NCBI GenBank assembly: GCA_040954595.2
Contig: CM082577.2
Location: forward strand, 4,464,305-4,528,304
DNA length: 64,000 nucleotides
From: Balanoglossus misakiensis
Taxonomy: Eukaryota > Animalia > Hemichordata
Direction: 5' to 3'
Shown here: positions 34,901-48,600 of the stretch, in pieces
How positions within the stretch are numbered: the stretch's first letter is position 1
Layout: every line of letters begins with the position of its first letter
The notes under the pieces: model-generated
Database searches by the model: none
What the model was told of the DNA's origin: nothing
The model's input: the letters and a program-made list of their open reading frames with translations, nothing else
Translations under genes and position numbers: made by a program

Positions 34901-37900
34901 TGATGCGACGCCTCGCCCTCGTAATAACTTCGACAGAACTCCATAAAAGCCTACATTTCTCTGAAACAATAAGCTTAAATCGAGCTACCGTGAGTTTGCG
35001 CCTTGCTTCACACCAGATCGTCACGTCACAGAACACAGAATTGCATTGTTGGCAAATACTCGACTAGCCGACATCATAGTTTGAAACGGTGATCTATTAC
35101 ATTGCATTATTATGGATGATGAAACGTCGGTCATCTACTATTCCATTAACCAACGGTAGTATATTCCACGAATGATAAAAATTAAACGACAGTACAATAA
35201 TCTTATCTTACCTGACTGTAAAAAACTTTACCCTATTTACACCAGGAAGATGTGCAACACGAGTTTTGCAAGAAGGGTCGCAAGGCCAAGCCAACGGAAT
35301 GGCGGGGCGCGTAACAACAGCACAGTAAAAGCCACTCCCAGCCCATTACTTGCAAAGAATAACGTAACAAAAATCCTGACTGAATTCGACTTTTATTGAC
35401 CATTTATAATACCCCGGAGCTTCCTGACTTTGCGTGTGTACGCCAAGTCACCGTAAGTTATTCAAACTGGCAGTACACGATGCAAAAACATTCGCTTGCC
35501 CCCAGACGATGCAGTCTGGGCTGCCGTTTAAGTCACTATAGTCACGATCTGAGGTTGCAAAACATGCAGTCGTACTGGCATATTCTCTAACCCCGAGTAA
35601 GGCTATAGATGACAGGATTTCACCGTGCGTCACCAATGAGTCGAGGATACGGGGAACGAAAATAGCCCTTTTCGCCGAAGGTACGTATATTTCTTGTGAA
35701 AGTTTCGTGAAAATTACCTTCGAAAGTGTGCTTTTCTGGCCGGTATTTGGTCGGCTCTTTTGTTGTTGTCCTTTGGGCGGTCACGATCCGAGAATAATGG
35801 TGCGCATAACACCGGTTGGGGGATTTCAAATAGGTCTAGGTCGGATTACCGGTACGCCACAGCATTTGTGTATACTTCGGTATTTTATGAAGAAATTGCA
35901 AAACGCTTAGAACCAAAATATGTAACTGCGTCGTGTCTCGCAATTGCTACCATATAACACTGTAAGTTATAACAATAAACGCTTTAAAAGCGTCTGTATA
36001 TAACGGGTGACTTGAATACTTCGAAGAGAACCCCTAGATTTATGGCTTGTTTCACAAAAGCGATACATACCAAATCATTTTTTTTAAATTCGCGTTTCAA
36101 AATGCTAATAATTAGATACAATCGCACATACTAATTTTAACATGATTCAAGATTGGTTTTCGTAATAATACGTCACTTTCAAAAGTCAATGCGGGTATCC
36201 CACGTCCACATGGTAATACAGAAAATGCCATGTTCATTAATTTCTGGGGCTGGTCGCAACTCGGGGTGTTCAAAAACTTAGTACATCAAATAATCCCCTT
36301 TTAAGTCAGATTCTGGCGATCACAATGCTGAAACAAATACACATCGGCAAAACTTGTCACTTGACGCAACGATACAAGTTACCACTGACACAATTATTCG
36401 CGAGAGCTCCACATCGATGACGTGGCGGAGCTTTGTCTTTCAGCGATTCTGAACACTGAGTGAGTGGTTGTCTTATTGAACCGAACGGCTACAAGGAGTT
36501 CACATGACAGAACGGCTTTGTCGTGACCACGGCTACGTGCCTTTCTCCGCTCCCAGAGTCGATCGGTCGATGCAATGATAACTCCAGTAACGTGTTCATG
36601 CCCACAACGCACTGTGGCGAAGAAAAAAACACAGTGTCATTTCATTTTATACTGTCTCTAAGATGCCTCTGGCAACGATTTATCATGTCTTTGAAAATAT
36701 TGTGCTGCCGGAGGTTTATGTTTTCGGTTAGGGTTATAAAAATCATTTCTGATACGAGTATTCTCCCAGTAGGTTGAAGCGACTTCCCCAAATCAACTTG
36801 TCCCCCCCCCCCGGTGTCTCTCCAGCAACATTAGAGAAACTAATTGGAGCTGCGAAGAATATTCCCGGTAATGGGAAGAGACAGAGGGAGTATGGAGTGT
36901 TCTTGTAATTGGCAATCCGATAGGGACAGAAGGGACTAACTGTTCGTCTGCCAATTGCCAATGTTAGGTCATCAGAAACACGCTCATCAACAGCTGCCTC
37001 GTTACGACAGTCTCCAGTTCATACATTACCATACATGCATGTACTGCGATTGAATAACGATGAACAGTGTCGACAAACTGCTTTAAAGGCCAACACAGAC
37101 TATGGTCGACACCGTATTGTCTGTTGTTAGGACAGCACACTGTCTTATAGCACTGACTATATAGAATGTTTCAATGTAACCAGAGTATCTGATTTAGCAC
37201 ATGCGCATAAGACGATCATTTTAAGTAAAAGACGCAATTTTTCACATAACACGAACAACTGCAAAGTGCTTAACTGCTATTAACAGTAGAACGACGCTGT
37301 ATTTGGTAACACGTAGCTGAATAACCCAAATCCGCTCCCGTAAAAGAGAAATTACTTTTTTATCCGCGTAACGTGACACAAGCACTATCGTATTCTGCAA
37401 GACAGAGTGCCCGGATGTACGAGTATATTCGGAAAGAAACTTACTAAGAAAGAGTTAACACTGGAAACGACTTGAGAAGTTCAACGTCTGGAGCATGACT
37501 GAACAGTTCTGGCCCAAACCACTTTTTTTCACAGCGTGGTTCACTAAATCTTGTTGCCAACGATACACAAACAGTAAAGTACCGGATCGTGCAACAGAAG
37601 TACATGTAGTTGCCCCGCATTGCTATGTAAACCACAGGAAAGCAAGTTAGTACAATTTCCAGGAACACCCTTGCCTGCCGCATTTTCAGCGAAAAGGGTC
37701 GTCTTCTCCGCAGGAAATCAGATAAAGGCCTCGTGGAGATATCATTAAAAGAAGACAATCAGATTACGTCCTTGGAGATCCGCAAAAACAAGACCCTTTT
37801 TCGCTTCAAGCGAAGATCCAATTAATTCGGGGCCGCGCTGGATAGTGTGCACGTAACGACACCCCCGTCCCTTGCCGAAGTGGCTTTATTTGGAGTCTGG

Positions 37901-39859
37901 CTTGCGTGCCAGCTCCTTCAGCTGGGTTAAGTTGTAACATTTTGTTAAAGTTTCTATCGGTATTGGAGCTTGTTTTGAATATCATGTTGTTTGAACGTGA
38001 TCTTCTCTCGCACAATCCGGCAAAATTATGTCATTATAGGCAATTATCTGTACTTTACAGTCTTATCAGCATGGATACAAATTTTCTCAATGGCACGAAC
38101 GTGCCCTCCGGGTCTCTCACCCACAGGGTCGCTAACAAGGGACAAGCACCCACACAAAAATCATGTATTTGATACTGAAATCTCCGCTTAAATTCTGTAA
38201 TGAAAAACAAGGCATGAACCTGGGAAACAATTCGAAGGTCACGCCAGCTTAACAATATGTCAGTAACACTTGCGGAATCCATTGGTTCGACATACTTCTT
38301 AGCTTCTAAAAGACAGTAACTCCGAGAGAAATTGCAACGTTACAAATTCAAATAATTAAAGCCCATACACGAGCTTCCAAATTAAATTTCACACATTTTT
38401 TCATATATTCTCCCTTTCCCATAACATCCTCCCCATTATGCCATATCACTTGTATTTGAATCAGTTTGTGATCTCTTGGTGACGTTATACTAGTCTTCCC
38501 CTGTCATTTTACTGGGGGTCCCCCTTAGTATATCAATGCGGTCATACATATACTTCCACTTACATAATTTGGGTCATTACCAGAAATGCCAGTAACGTAC
38601 GGCCCTTGAGATCTTGTGTGTTCGTGTCTTGTCTGGGAACGTAATACAGTACCTCCTCACAACCACTCACCGATGGAAACAGATTACTAGTATTTTTTTG
38701 AAATGTCAACTATTGTACTGGGTGTGCCTTCGGATGTATGAGATCAATTGCAAACGGCTTTATTACGGAAAACTTTGAGATACACATGAATGATTCTCGT
38801 TCGCGCTAAACCGCCGACAGTCCTTGGGGATTCGCGGCTGTTATAAGCGCGCAATAAAAAAAATACACCGTGTTCCGCAATCAGTCGCTGCAACCCATTT
38901 ACTCGACGTGCCTCGCCTTCTTTGGTGAAGGTGGCCATCAAGACCAGACAATCCCCCTCTGAGCGATAACACTACCCCCCCCCCCTCTCCCCTCCCCATC
39001 TCAGTACTCCAATCAACGAAATTAGTTTGATTTTGTTGCAGGCAACAGTCGAAAAGTATTCCTTGGGATAATTTTCACCCTCAGCTAAGATCGGTGTTGC
39101 TGGAGATTACCCGGAAACGCCTGCGTGGTTGCATTAAACTGCCACTATGCCTCCCCTCTCCACCTTTGTGGAAACGAGCGAGATTACAAATTATATCCGC
39201 CATAAGCCTGAAATGTTTCTAGACTGGGGCCTATTCACTGAACGCGCCCCCGTTAATCCAGCGCACAGGAAAATCCTTCCAAATGCAAGACTCGTTCGAA
39301 GGCCGAGATTAACATTTGTAGTTTGGGTGAAGCATTCGTGTACTCAGAACAAAGCTATGGTGTCCAAGAGAAAGAGATCAAGTTTTAATCTTTATCGATC
39401 CGATTTAGCTAACTGAACTAGAAAACAGGACACCTTGTAGAAATTATTAGTCGGGGCGACGTTTTCAGGTAAACATCGACGCAGATATAAAGTGTGTTTA
39501 CAAAAAACACAGCCCTCCCATAATACATGTATCACCCTTTCGCGATTCGCGAAAAGAAATGTCAGGATTTTCTCATACAAGTATCTGTATTCATCCGTTG
39601 ATGTTTACTGTAATGTTAAAATCCGAATTTCACCCTTTTTTCTATCATCGTCTGAGGCCTTCCGTGTTGCAGGGGGCAAAACAACCCATACATACTATTC
39701 AAGTCCCTTCGGGGATAAACGGAAGCGTCACGCCCGCTTCATATAGCATTCCAGTGTGGTTTACCCTTCAGTGCCCATTCTTTGTCATCACATTTTCACG
39801 TCACCGAGAATAAAATCAAACTAAAAACTTAGTTCTGTGTTTTTAATTGTCCTGTTTTA

Positions 39860-39881
39860 AGGTATACGGTCACTTCCAATT
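39860..39881. mobile_element. Left-end fragment of the Kolobok-like MITE family
   Basis: AGGTATACGGTCACTTCCAATT versus AGGTATACGGTCACCTCCAATT at 49365 (21/22). No matching right end was found. Confidence 0.65.
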
Positions 39882-42800
39882 GGTGGTGGTGATAGTGGTG
39901 GCGGTTGTTGTCCTAACTTGTGTTGTTAAAACCTGAAGTCTTATACTTTCTTCTTTTCGATGAACTTTGTAAGAAGACATGCGCCACAGGCTGCCTCTTG
40001 ACGCATTTTCAGGAGCAAACTCAAGAAATAAATTCACCAATTTTGAATATTCCGTAAGGTGAGACATGAAATGAAAGTCTACCATATGGCGTTTTGTCGA
40101 CAATCTTTTTTGCAATCCTTCTTTTCCAGCCGATTTCATTTCGGTTGCCTTTACACGATTACAGTAATCCCCGAACACAGTTATCGGGTAGTTAGATGCG
40201 AAATTGGAGACGGACGAGTTTAACAGACACGGCGTGAAATGCGGTTGAACCGGGTGTATCGATGAATTATTCAGAGCCAAATACCCTTGACAGCCGATAC
40301 TTTTTTTCATAGAAAACATCGCTTAGAATCCCTATTGAATGTTTCCTGAATAGTTAGTGCGCCACTCGCATTTATTTTCTGCACCATAGCCAAACCGAAC
40401 TGATAAAAATAGCGTTTTCAGGGGGAAAATTAACAAAGATCACACAATCTCCGTCACACAGGTGCCGTCTCGTTAAACTGTTCAATGTACAACTGTTGCT
40501 GTTTTATCCCCCTGTTATATCGAAATACATTTTCCCGGAGCGGATGACGTGCGGCAGTGTTGGGTGTCTGAAAAGAAAGTGTCTCCGCACGATAATTAAA
40601 AATTAATAGGCCATCAGCAAGACTAACCTCACTGTATGAGCAGTAGAGACTGAGAGAAGATGCTATCAGTGCTGCCCAGAGACACACGAAGACTGATAGT
40701 GATGTTAACATGTCCGCCTGGATTATCAGTTTCGTGTTGCGTTGTCATAGCGACTGCGTGGTCTTTTCTTCCCGATTGTTTGTTTGTTTGCATCGATAGC
40801 TACGATAACTTTTAACTTTCACGTGACTTTTTTCCCCGATAAGGAGGGCTTAGAGATTTCCTTGGGCGATAATGCCTGTTTTTTTTCTTCTGGAAAATAA
40901 AGTATAGTCAATGTCTACCTCTGGAATATTTCCCAATTCAGTAGTCGTTGAGGTGGAAAATAAAGAATGTCGATTCGATACGCCACTCAGTTTGTTCGTT
41001 TCGCTTTTGTCAGTTATCGACACTTGACAGGTAAGGGCAGGGACGTGTAAAGACAGTGTAACTTCTTGTGGTTTTCTGAAGTGGCAACTTATAATAGTTC
41101 CCAGCATTTCCCTCGTACTGGACCCGATATACTATCTAATGCTTGTCCATCCCCTCTACAGATATTTGGGTAAACATGCGTTTTCCAAGAAGGGGGCAAT
41201 TCAATGCGAAACATGTTTGTCTGAATGCTGAGAAGGTCGGCCACTTTCACAGAAAGTCAAACCTTCTGTTTTCTGCTGTAGGAAATCGGCAGAAAATGGA
41301 GTCTTGTTTGGTTATATGTGTCGAAGGGTGAAACGTTCAAGAGTGTGCGTACCCTTTGTTTTCTCATTATATTATTGGAGACATCCCTGACCCGACTAAT
41401 ATGTTGGCCTCGGGGTTAGAAGATTTGTACCAGTTATTTGTTATTCCGTTGTACCCTATGTATTGTATTATATTGAAAGGATCCTCATTGCAATATGCCC
41501 GTGGACACGACAAATGGACTGACGTTCAGTTTCGTTGGAGGATGGAATGGGCTTTGTGCAGTCAAGGCTATACCTTGTTTGAGGCAACACGGTCCTAATT
41601 AGATGAGTGGGCGTTGACATCAAGTTGCCCCCCCCCCCCCAGCTTTATATAAGTTGAATGATCACATGAATGTTATGGAAACTAAAGCAGTACCTACTTT
41701 ACAGCAGCGATTTTACATGCAGAGAGTTAGAGAACGACTTATGTACGCAATTCCACTGGTTGAAAGCTACTAAACAAAGGCTGGTTCGGTCGCAGTCTTC
41801 CAACCTTCGATAATCTCGATATTTCTGGCTGTACTCCACAATTTCAAGTGCGTATAGCTTATTCCCAGGCACTCTAAGCCCCGGATATGGAATTTAGTGC
41901 GGGGCGTGCAAATCCGGGCAGTGCCCAGCCGACGAAATGGAATTCTTTCCCCCGGTGGATGAAAGTATAACCTTGTATAGCACCGTATCGTTGGCGCCCG
42001 TTCTGTTCAGTCAAATCCGAGATTAACGGCGAGATTATGAATGACGTGAAAAGAAAAGTCGCATTTGTTTTCCGAAGAGAAAGTTCGATAGAAATCCCTA
42101 TACTACCAGATTGAAACCTTGCAGGCTTTTATCGCTCGCACTGTATTTGAAAACTCGATTTGCGCATAGACAGTCACGGTAGATTTGCGTGACGTGGCCG
42201 TCCAGATTACTGATAAGACATCGCTACTATTAATTTGCATGGACTACAATCACAATAATCTGAAGCCGACCCCCGAGTCAAGGTTGACAGGTATTATGTT
42301 CTGTTGTCGTGGGTTCCAAGTACAATTGTTGACGTCATTTCGGACGGATCATAAAAATAGTTATCAGACAGAGAGATGTTCGTCAATAATGAATAGCGTG
42401 ATTGGCGGGCTGCTTGACTTTGTAAACTAAGCCTCTCGTTTCATTTGCGCTTTAAAAAGGTGATGCGCAGACTCTTTGAGAGTCGTTACATCTGTAGGCG
42501 TGAAGTGACAGGCCCTCAGTACATGTAGATAGGGTTACATATAGCTTTATGAGATCTCCCCGGAATACATGTACATGTATATGCGCATGCCATGTGTAAG
42601 AGATTGGCGCATTTGGGTTCAAATTGATCATCTCGGCAACCGCGTACAGATTGATTTAAAGCCTCACATACAACAAATCCCTGGCCCATCTAATCGATGC
42701 GGATTTACGACATAGTTTACCGGAATGCACGCCTTCTCCAATCATCCAAGGTTGATGTTAACCTATATTTCAAGAGCTTTTCTTGCGTTGCTACAAAATG

Positions 42801-45691
42801 TGGCACAAGCTTCTACCTGAAAGTGACCGTTATGTTACTTTGATTGGTACTATTCATTCTCATCTGAAATGTAAACCAAACGAGAAGATGCTTGTAGTTC
42901 AAATCCAGGGTCAATTGTACTTAAAATCGTCTATAGTATGAGATATCGCGAATCATGGTACTGTGAGGGCGCTGTTGCTCCCTCACTATGTCATTCTGAG
43001 TAAGAGTGGTGAGCAACTGAAAAGTAAGATGGGAACACCCCGTTTTGTCTCTCTTTTGTATTTAAAAATCCTTGATATACAATTTATATAAAATGAAAAT
43101 ATTTTAAATTTTGAGTGGACTCCCACCTTAAAATACATAATGGTGGCACTGCACCTTGACCATACAAGTGGGTTTGGGCAAAATTCTGCACTAAAAACTA
43201 GGGCCGGACGGTTGTACCTTTTTTATATTCTTGTCGGAGCACAGTTTGAGTTTAATCTTATACAACAAATCAAAAAGCACTCTTGAATTAATATTGTATG
43301 TCGCTACAAGATATTCCTGGGTTTTCTGTAATCGCCCGATGTACCTCCTGCACTACAATTTATACGTGGTCAACCATTATGCGCGTGACTGGATAATATT
43401 TTCAGACTCAGCATAAAATCTGGCGCAGGGGTGTTTTAACATTCCTCGTACGTCGTGATCCTTGCACAAGGGAGAGGGTTTAGACGCGGACTATTAAGAA
43501 AGAATTATGATCATCTCCTTACCGCCACCTTTTCCAATTTCTCAGTCAATTTACGCATTTACTGCAGCTGCCGATCAGTCGAAGTTGTCTTTATGGGAGC
43601 CGACACTTCATCAAAGGTAGAACCGATGACATGACACCTCAGCTGTCGCATGTTCAGTCCCGGGGAAATGGCAATTTTCTTGTGCAATGATTTGAGATTA
43701 TCTGTTTGGAGTAGAGTTGTAACAGGAAGACTGTTTTTTCTATTCTTTCTTTCTTTTTTGCTTTCGGGTAGAATTATCTCCACCTTCGCTTTATATTCCA
43801 AGATGATCCTTCTTGGTTTACACAAAGAGTTCGAGAGGGCGGTTCTGTTCAATACATTTCGGACGATTTCCTGAATTTTAAACCGACATATTCTTGTGTT
43901 GTCGCCTCACACTAGGCGACAGCATAAGAATATACCGTACCGCATAAGTACAAGACGTCGACGTAACCTACATCTGATTTTTAATCAGGTTGTCACGCGC
44001 ACGGCGTCTCTCACTGGTGTAGTCATCACCAAGGGCATCCACGGGTGTCGTCGTTCTCGAGATCCTGGTGCCGTTCTAATGTCTCCACGTCAAAGGAACA
44101 AGACAGCGCAATTCATCTTACTCTTATTACTTTGTAACACATGTAGTTGACAGAGATCATCATGAAGTATTCGGCAACACCGCACTTCGTCAGCTTTCTG
44201 CGCCTGCGCGAGCAAAAAAGGCTGGCGTCGTTGGCAGGAAGGACTGAGGGAACATTTAAATTCCGACCATGTATACTAATCTCAGAGAAAAAAGCGAGTG
44301 GAACTAATGTAAGTCGAGTACGGTAAGAGGGTGTACATTTGTATTAGGGTTAACGTTAACAAAGAAATATATTTAATTTGTACGGATCACACTGACACTG
44401 TACCAAACACTACATGTATATATTCGATGAACGTTGAGGGACATGCTGTTCATGTGAAAGTCTGTAATGTGCAAGGTCGGGCCGTGATTTCCCGAACTAA
44501 TCAACTATTCAAATTTAATACACATCTTTCCTTTATCCCTGCTCTTCCCACATCCACTGTTTATGATCCTCGCCCGATTTAAGACAAGATGAACAAGCGG
44601 ATACAGAAATGTCAATCAACGTGACGTTGTGATGTGAGCAGCTACAAACCAATCCACCGCCCTCTCCAGTTGACTCGGAAGGCTGCCATCGTCTATCGGT
44701 ATGAAGAACCGTGAATAGCGCCAACTATCGCCGCACCAAACCTTTTTAGGGAAGGCAGTAAACAAAATTGCAAGTATCAACCGGAACTGTAACATTTTTA
44801 TTTCCGGTTTCTCAATATTCAGGTTGCCAGAAATAGATTTAGGCCTACATTATTTATTATCATTGGGCTTTTGAGAATTCCGGACGTGAAGTGGGTTGTT
44901 CTATTGTCATTAATTGCCCTAGTTTCATTCGTGGTTAAAATTTCAACATTATAACATTACAACATTATATATTTCGTTAGAAGCAATTTATGTCGTATAA
45001 AACAATCCTATCGACACGAAGATATTAACAAAAAAATCACTTAAAATACACTTATCTATTTGAAAGATGATACTGATAAAAATGATGTAAGATTGTTTTT
45101 CGTTTGAATATATTTCAGACATGACGAGACACACGTGACATATATGCAAATAGTCAGTGCCCAGAAAAGGGTCGTGTAAAGGAGAAGACATATATTCAAT
45201 GACGTCGCGCGTCGTAAATTACCCAGTATGCACTGCAAAGCGTGGGTAGAAGTCGCATAGACTTGACGGCTTGGATGAATTCAACTCACGTCCAAAACAA
45301 CGCGACGTTCACATACATACACACTTATAGTCAGTCGTACATGCACATTTACAAGAAACGTTTTTCTTTACAGTTGAAGTGAATCTAAAGCATTGCTTGT
45401 CGTACAAGGCTCGTCCCAGAATCCAGACTCTTCGAATTCTTGCGTTCACGTACGTGTCGGCTTGGTGGATTTTGGAATGTTTGTGACTAAGATATTTGTA
45501 GGTGTTGACCAAAGTATTGCACAGGCCCCTCTGTTGTTGCATGCACCAGGGGGGTCAGTTCGGACCGTGGTTGATCAAGAAACTCATCCCTCGGCGATAT
45601 CGAGTGGGACTTTCCGCGAATGACACATATTTCATCAATCCGATATGAAAATAAATGGATGGACCTTAAATTATTAAAGATATTTTTTTCT

Positions 45692-48600
45692 TTACTGCAG
45701 GCTGCACTTGTCTCTCTTGCCGTCTTCGTCGTCCTGCTCCATATCTCTGCTCCGACGCAGCTTGGCGTTGACCGCCATGAGGTCGCTGCGCAGACTGGGT
45801 CGGCGCACGTGGGGCGCCAGCACGCCGTACGCGTCGGTGATACGCCTCCTCAGGGTGACTCCCCGACTGTTGACCGACGGGTTGGGGCTCGTGGAAGCGC
45901 TGATTTTGCGGTGTAGCGCCGGGCTCATCTCGTTGGGCATCTTGGCGTTCTCAAACAGCGCCTGGAACAACATGTCAATGTTCACGTTCTTCTTCGCCGA
46001 CGTCTCGTAAAAGCTGCACTTTTTCGCGCTTCCCAGAGTCCTCTTAACGTCCTCGGACCGCACTTCCCGCCTCGCTTCTTTGTCACACTTATTGCCGGCG
46101 ATCACCATGGGAACCGAACTCTTCTTGCTCCCCTTCGTCAGAAGTATTTGGTCGCGTAATCGCATTGCTTCCTCGTAAGAAGCTTTATTGTCTATGCTAA
46201 ATACCAATACAAACACGTCACCTGCAGTGGAGGAAAGAAAAACAGACAACGTATTAATGGAAGTTGCTCTGTGGATGTACCTGGCATAGGGAATCGGGAT
46301 TTTGATCATTATCAGATGACGTAATTGTACATGTCTTTTGTCTTTAGATATTTGCCGAAATCCACGACTCGGAATACTCTAAAACGTGTCATTTTAGCTA
46401 GCACGGTTCAGCTGATTGAGCGAGGAGAGTGATTTCGCTAATTTGCGATGCCGCAAAATGCACCATGGTTATGTATGTGTCTTCTTAGCTAAATCAAGCC
46501 TCCACAAGTTACAACCCTTTACATTTTGTCGACCTTGCGGAAATCGAAAATCCAATATTCAGACAAGGTAGACATTTTTTCGAAGATGATCAGCAACGAA
46601 GATTTGGTTTTATCTGGCACATTCATGTATAGATCAAATAAGATGTATTTTTCCTGTGATATTCTTGCATCGATTGCCTGTGAGACATAAAATCGGTATT
46701 GCGTAAAAAGCATATATGTTTGATGGTGTAGCTGCGTATGAATCGACATTTTCTTGCATTATTGCACGAATCGCTAAATAGCCAGGAGGGTTCGGCGCTC
46801 TGGGGGTTCCATGGGCGCGCCGGGTCATATGCAAATTAGTGCGACGACACTGTTACAGATCTACCGCTGCATAGTCGTAATGTAATTGTGTAATTTATTC
46901 ATCTTTGGCGGAGCATCTATCGATCTGTTGTTCAAAAGCACGCGACGGCCGACGGAAAGTAAATTGGACCTTTCATGTCTCTCAGCGTTAGTTATATGCT
47001 TTTGTCGTTAGCAAGAGACCCAACGTCGTGTTTGGTTGAAACATTTTCATCGTGGCTGATTCACTGACTCACTTTCACCGTCTCTTATACGTCATTTCCG
47101 GGGAAATGGTTTTGATGAAATTGCCCTGGATCTAAATGGGAACATTCCATCGTGTCTGCGCGCACTTTCCGCCAAACGAGCTGATTACGTGCCTTTTTGT
47201 CAAGTGCTGTAAACAGGGTTGATTCATACACGTAACGTGGCACCCCCAAACTAACCAATCGGGTATTCATCATACCCATCTACAAGACATTTGAATCATA
47301 AGTGGGGGCACTGCAGTAGAATTGTCTAACGACGAATCTCGGGCTACGCGAACGTTTGGTTGGGAGGTGGAAAACAGTACGCTAGAATGGGATGCGGTCA
47401 TTTCCATATCGGCAGTTTGATCACCCATGATCATGATGATTGCAGATATTCACCCCATAACCCCCAAACAAATAGCCGAACCAAATGAAACCCGAGCGTC
47501 AGAGACTTCACGGTTATCTGAAACGACAAGCATTATAATCAAACCATTATTCACGGTTAAGCAATTCATCCACCATATATCAATTATCTTTCGCTTGAAC
47601 AGATGCATAGGTATGTTTATGTGCCGCTAGCTTTGTCTGTGGCCTCTGACTCGCAAGAGCTCCAGGGAGAGAAATCAATACAGGGTCTCATTGATTAATC
47701 TACGGCACTGCAACTGTATACTTTGGATGTAACTCAAAAATAAAACTATCAACACTGAAGCATTCGAAATTATCCAACCGAAGGGTACACATGAATTGAA
47801 AGGTTTGAATAGTTTACACAGTGTTGGAGGTAAATCACTGGCGGTAATCGTATAAGACAGCATATATTTCGCGGTCTTCGAACTCTATCCTATTAATACT
47901 GGCTAAAGCAATATGTTTTTGATACGGCGTATTGTCGTGTCACGCCCGCCCTCTGACGACGTTAAATTTTCACAAACAATCACTTGTCAAGGCCATTGTT
48001 TCTATCCTGTTCATGACAACGACGTCACGTCACAAAAAAGCCACTTCCCATCTTTGAAAGCAGGTGTGATTTTACACACGGTTACATCGGCACATTTGGA
48101 CAGGCTTACGTCATGTACGTGAAGGTAACTTAATAATAATCCGTTACCTACATTAATTATTGTGTGTCATGTACATACACAGCTGTGCTAAAACAATTAA
48201 TCCAAAGAAAGAGTGAGCCATCATACTTAATAGAACTGTTTCAAGTGCTCTATGTTTACAAAGCCGAAACAATGTAATGGAATTTCGCTATCGACCGGTG
48301 TTTTGATGGAGAAAGGTGGGGTACAAAAAAAATCCATCAATGATAAATTGTGCAGTCGTTAATCTAGACGTTCGACACACTGCCTGCCAGGTCCGCTGTT
48401 TTAATTTTGCGGCTAAATGTTTACATCCCATTATTTCGTGACCCGCAGCATTGCGTCATTTGCGTCGCGCTCGGTTCGGCGCGGCCCCGTCACCGCGCCG
48501 CGTCTTGATAATCTGGGATCGCACTCCGGGTTAATGAGATAAAAGAACTGTCTCTTCCCTTCGGGATTGTTTTAACAAGGAAATGGGAAGATCGATCGAC

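Noticed and set aside
38489-38532. Short hairpin followed by CTAGT on the minus strand, like a Helitron 3' end
   Set aside because: Weak stem, no 5' end or second copy in the window.
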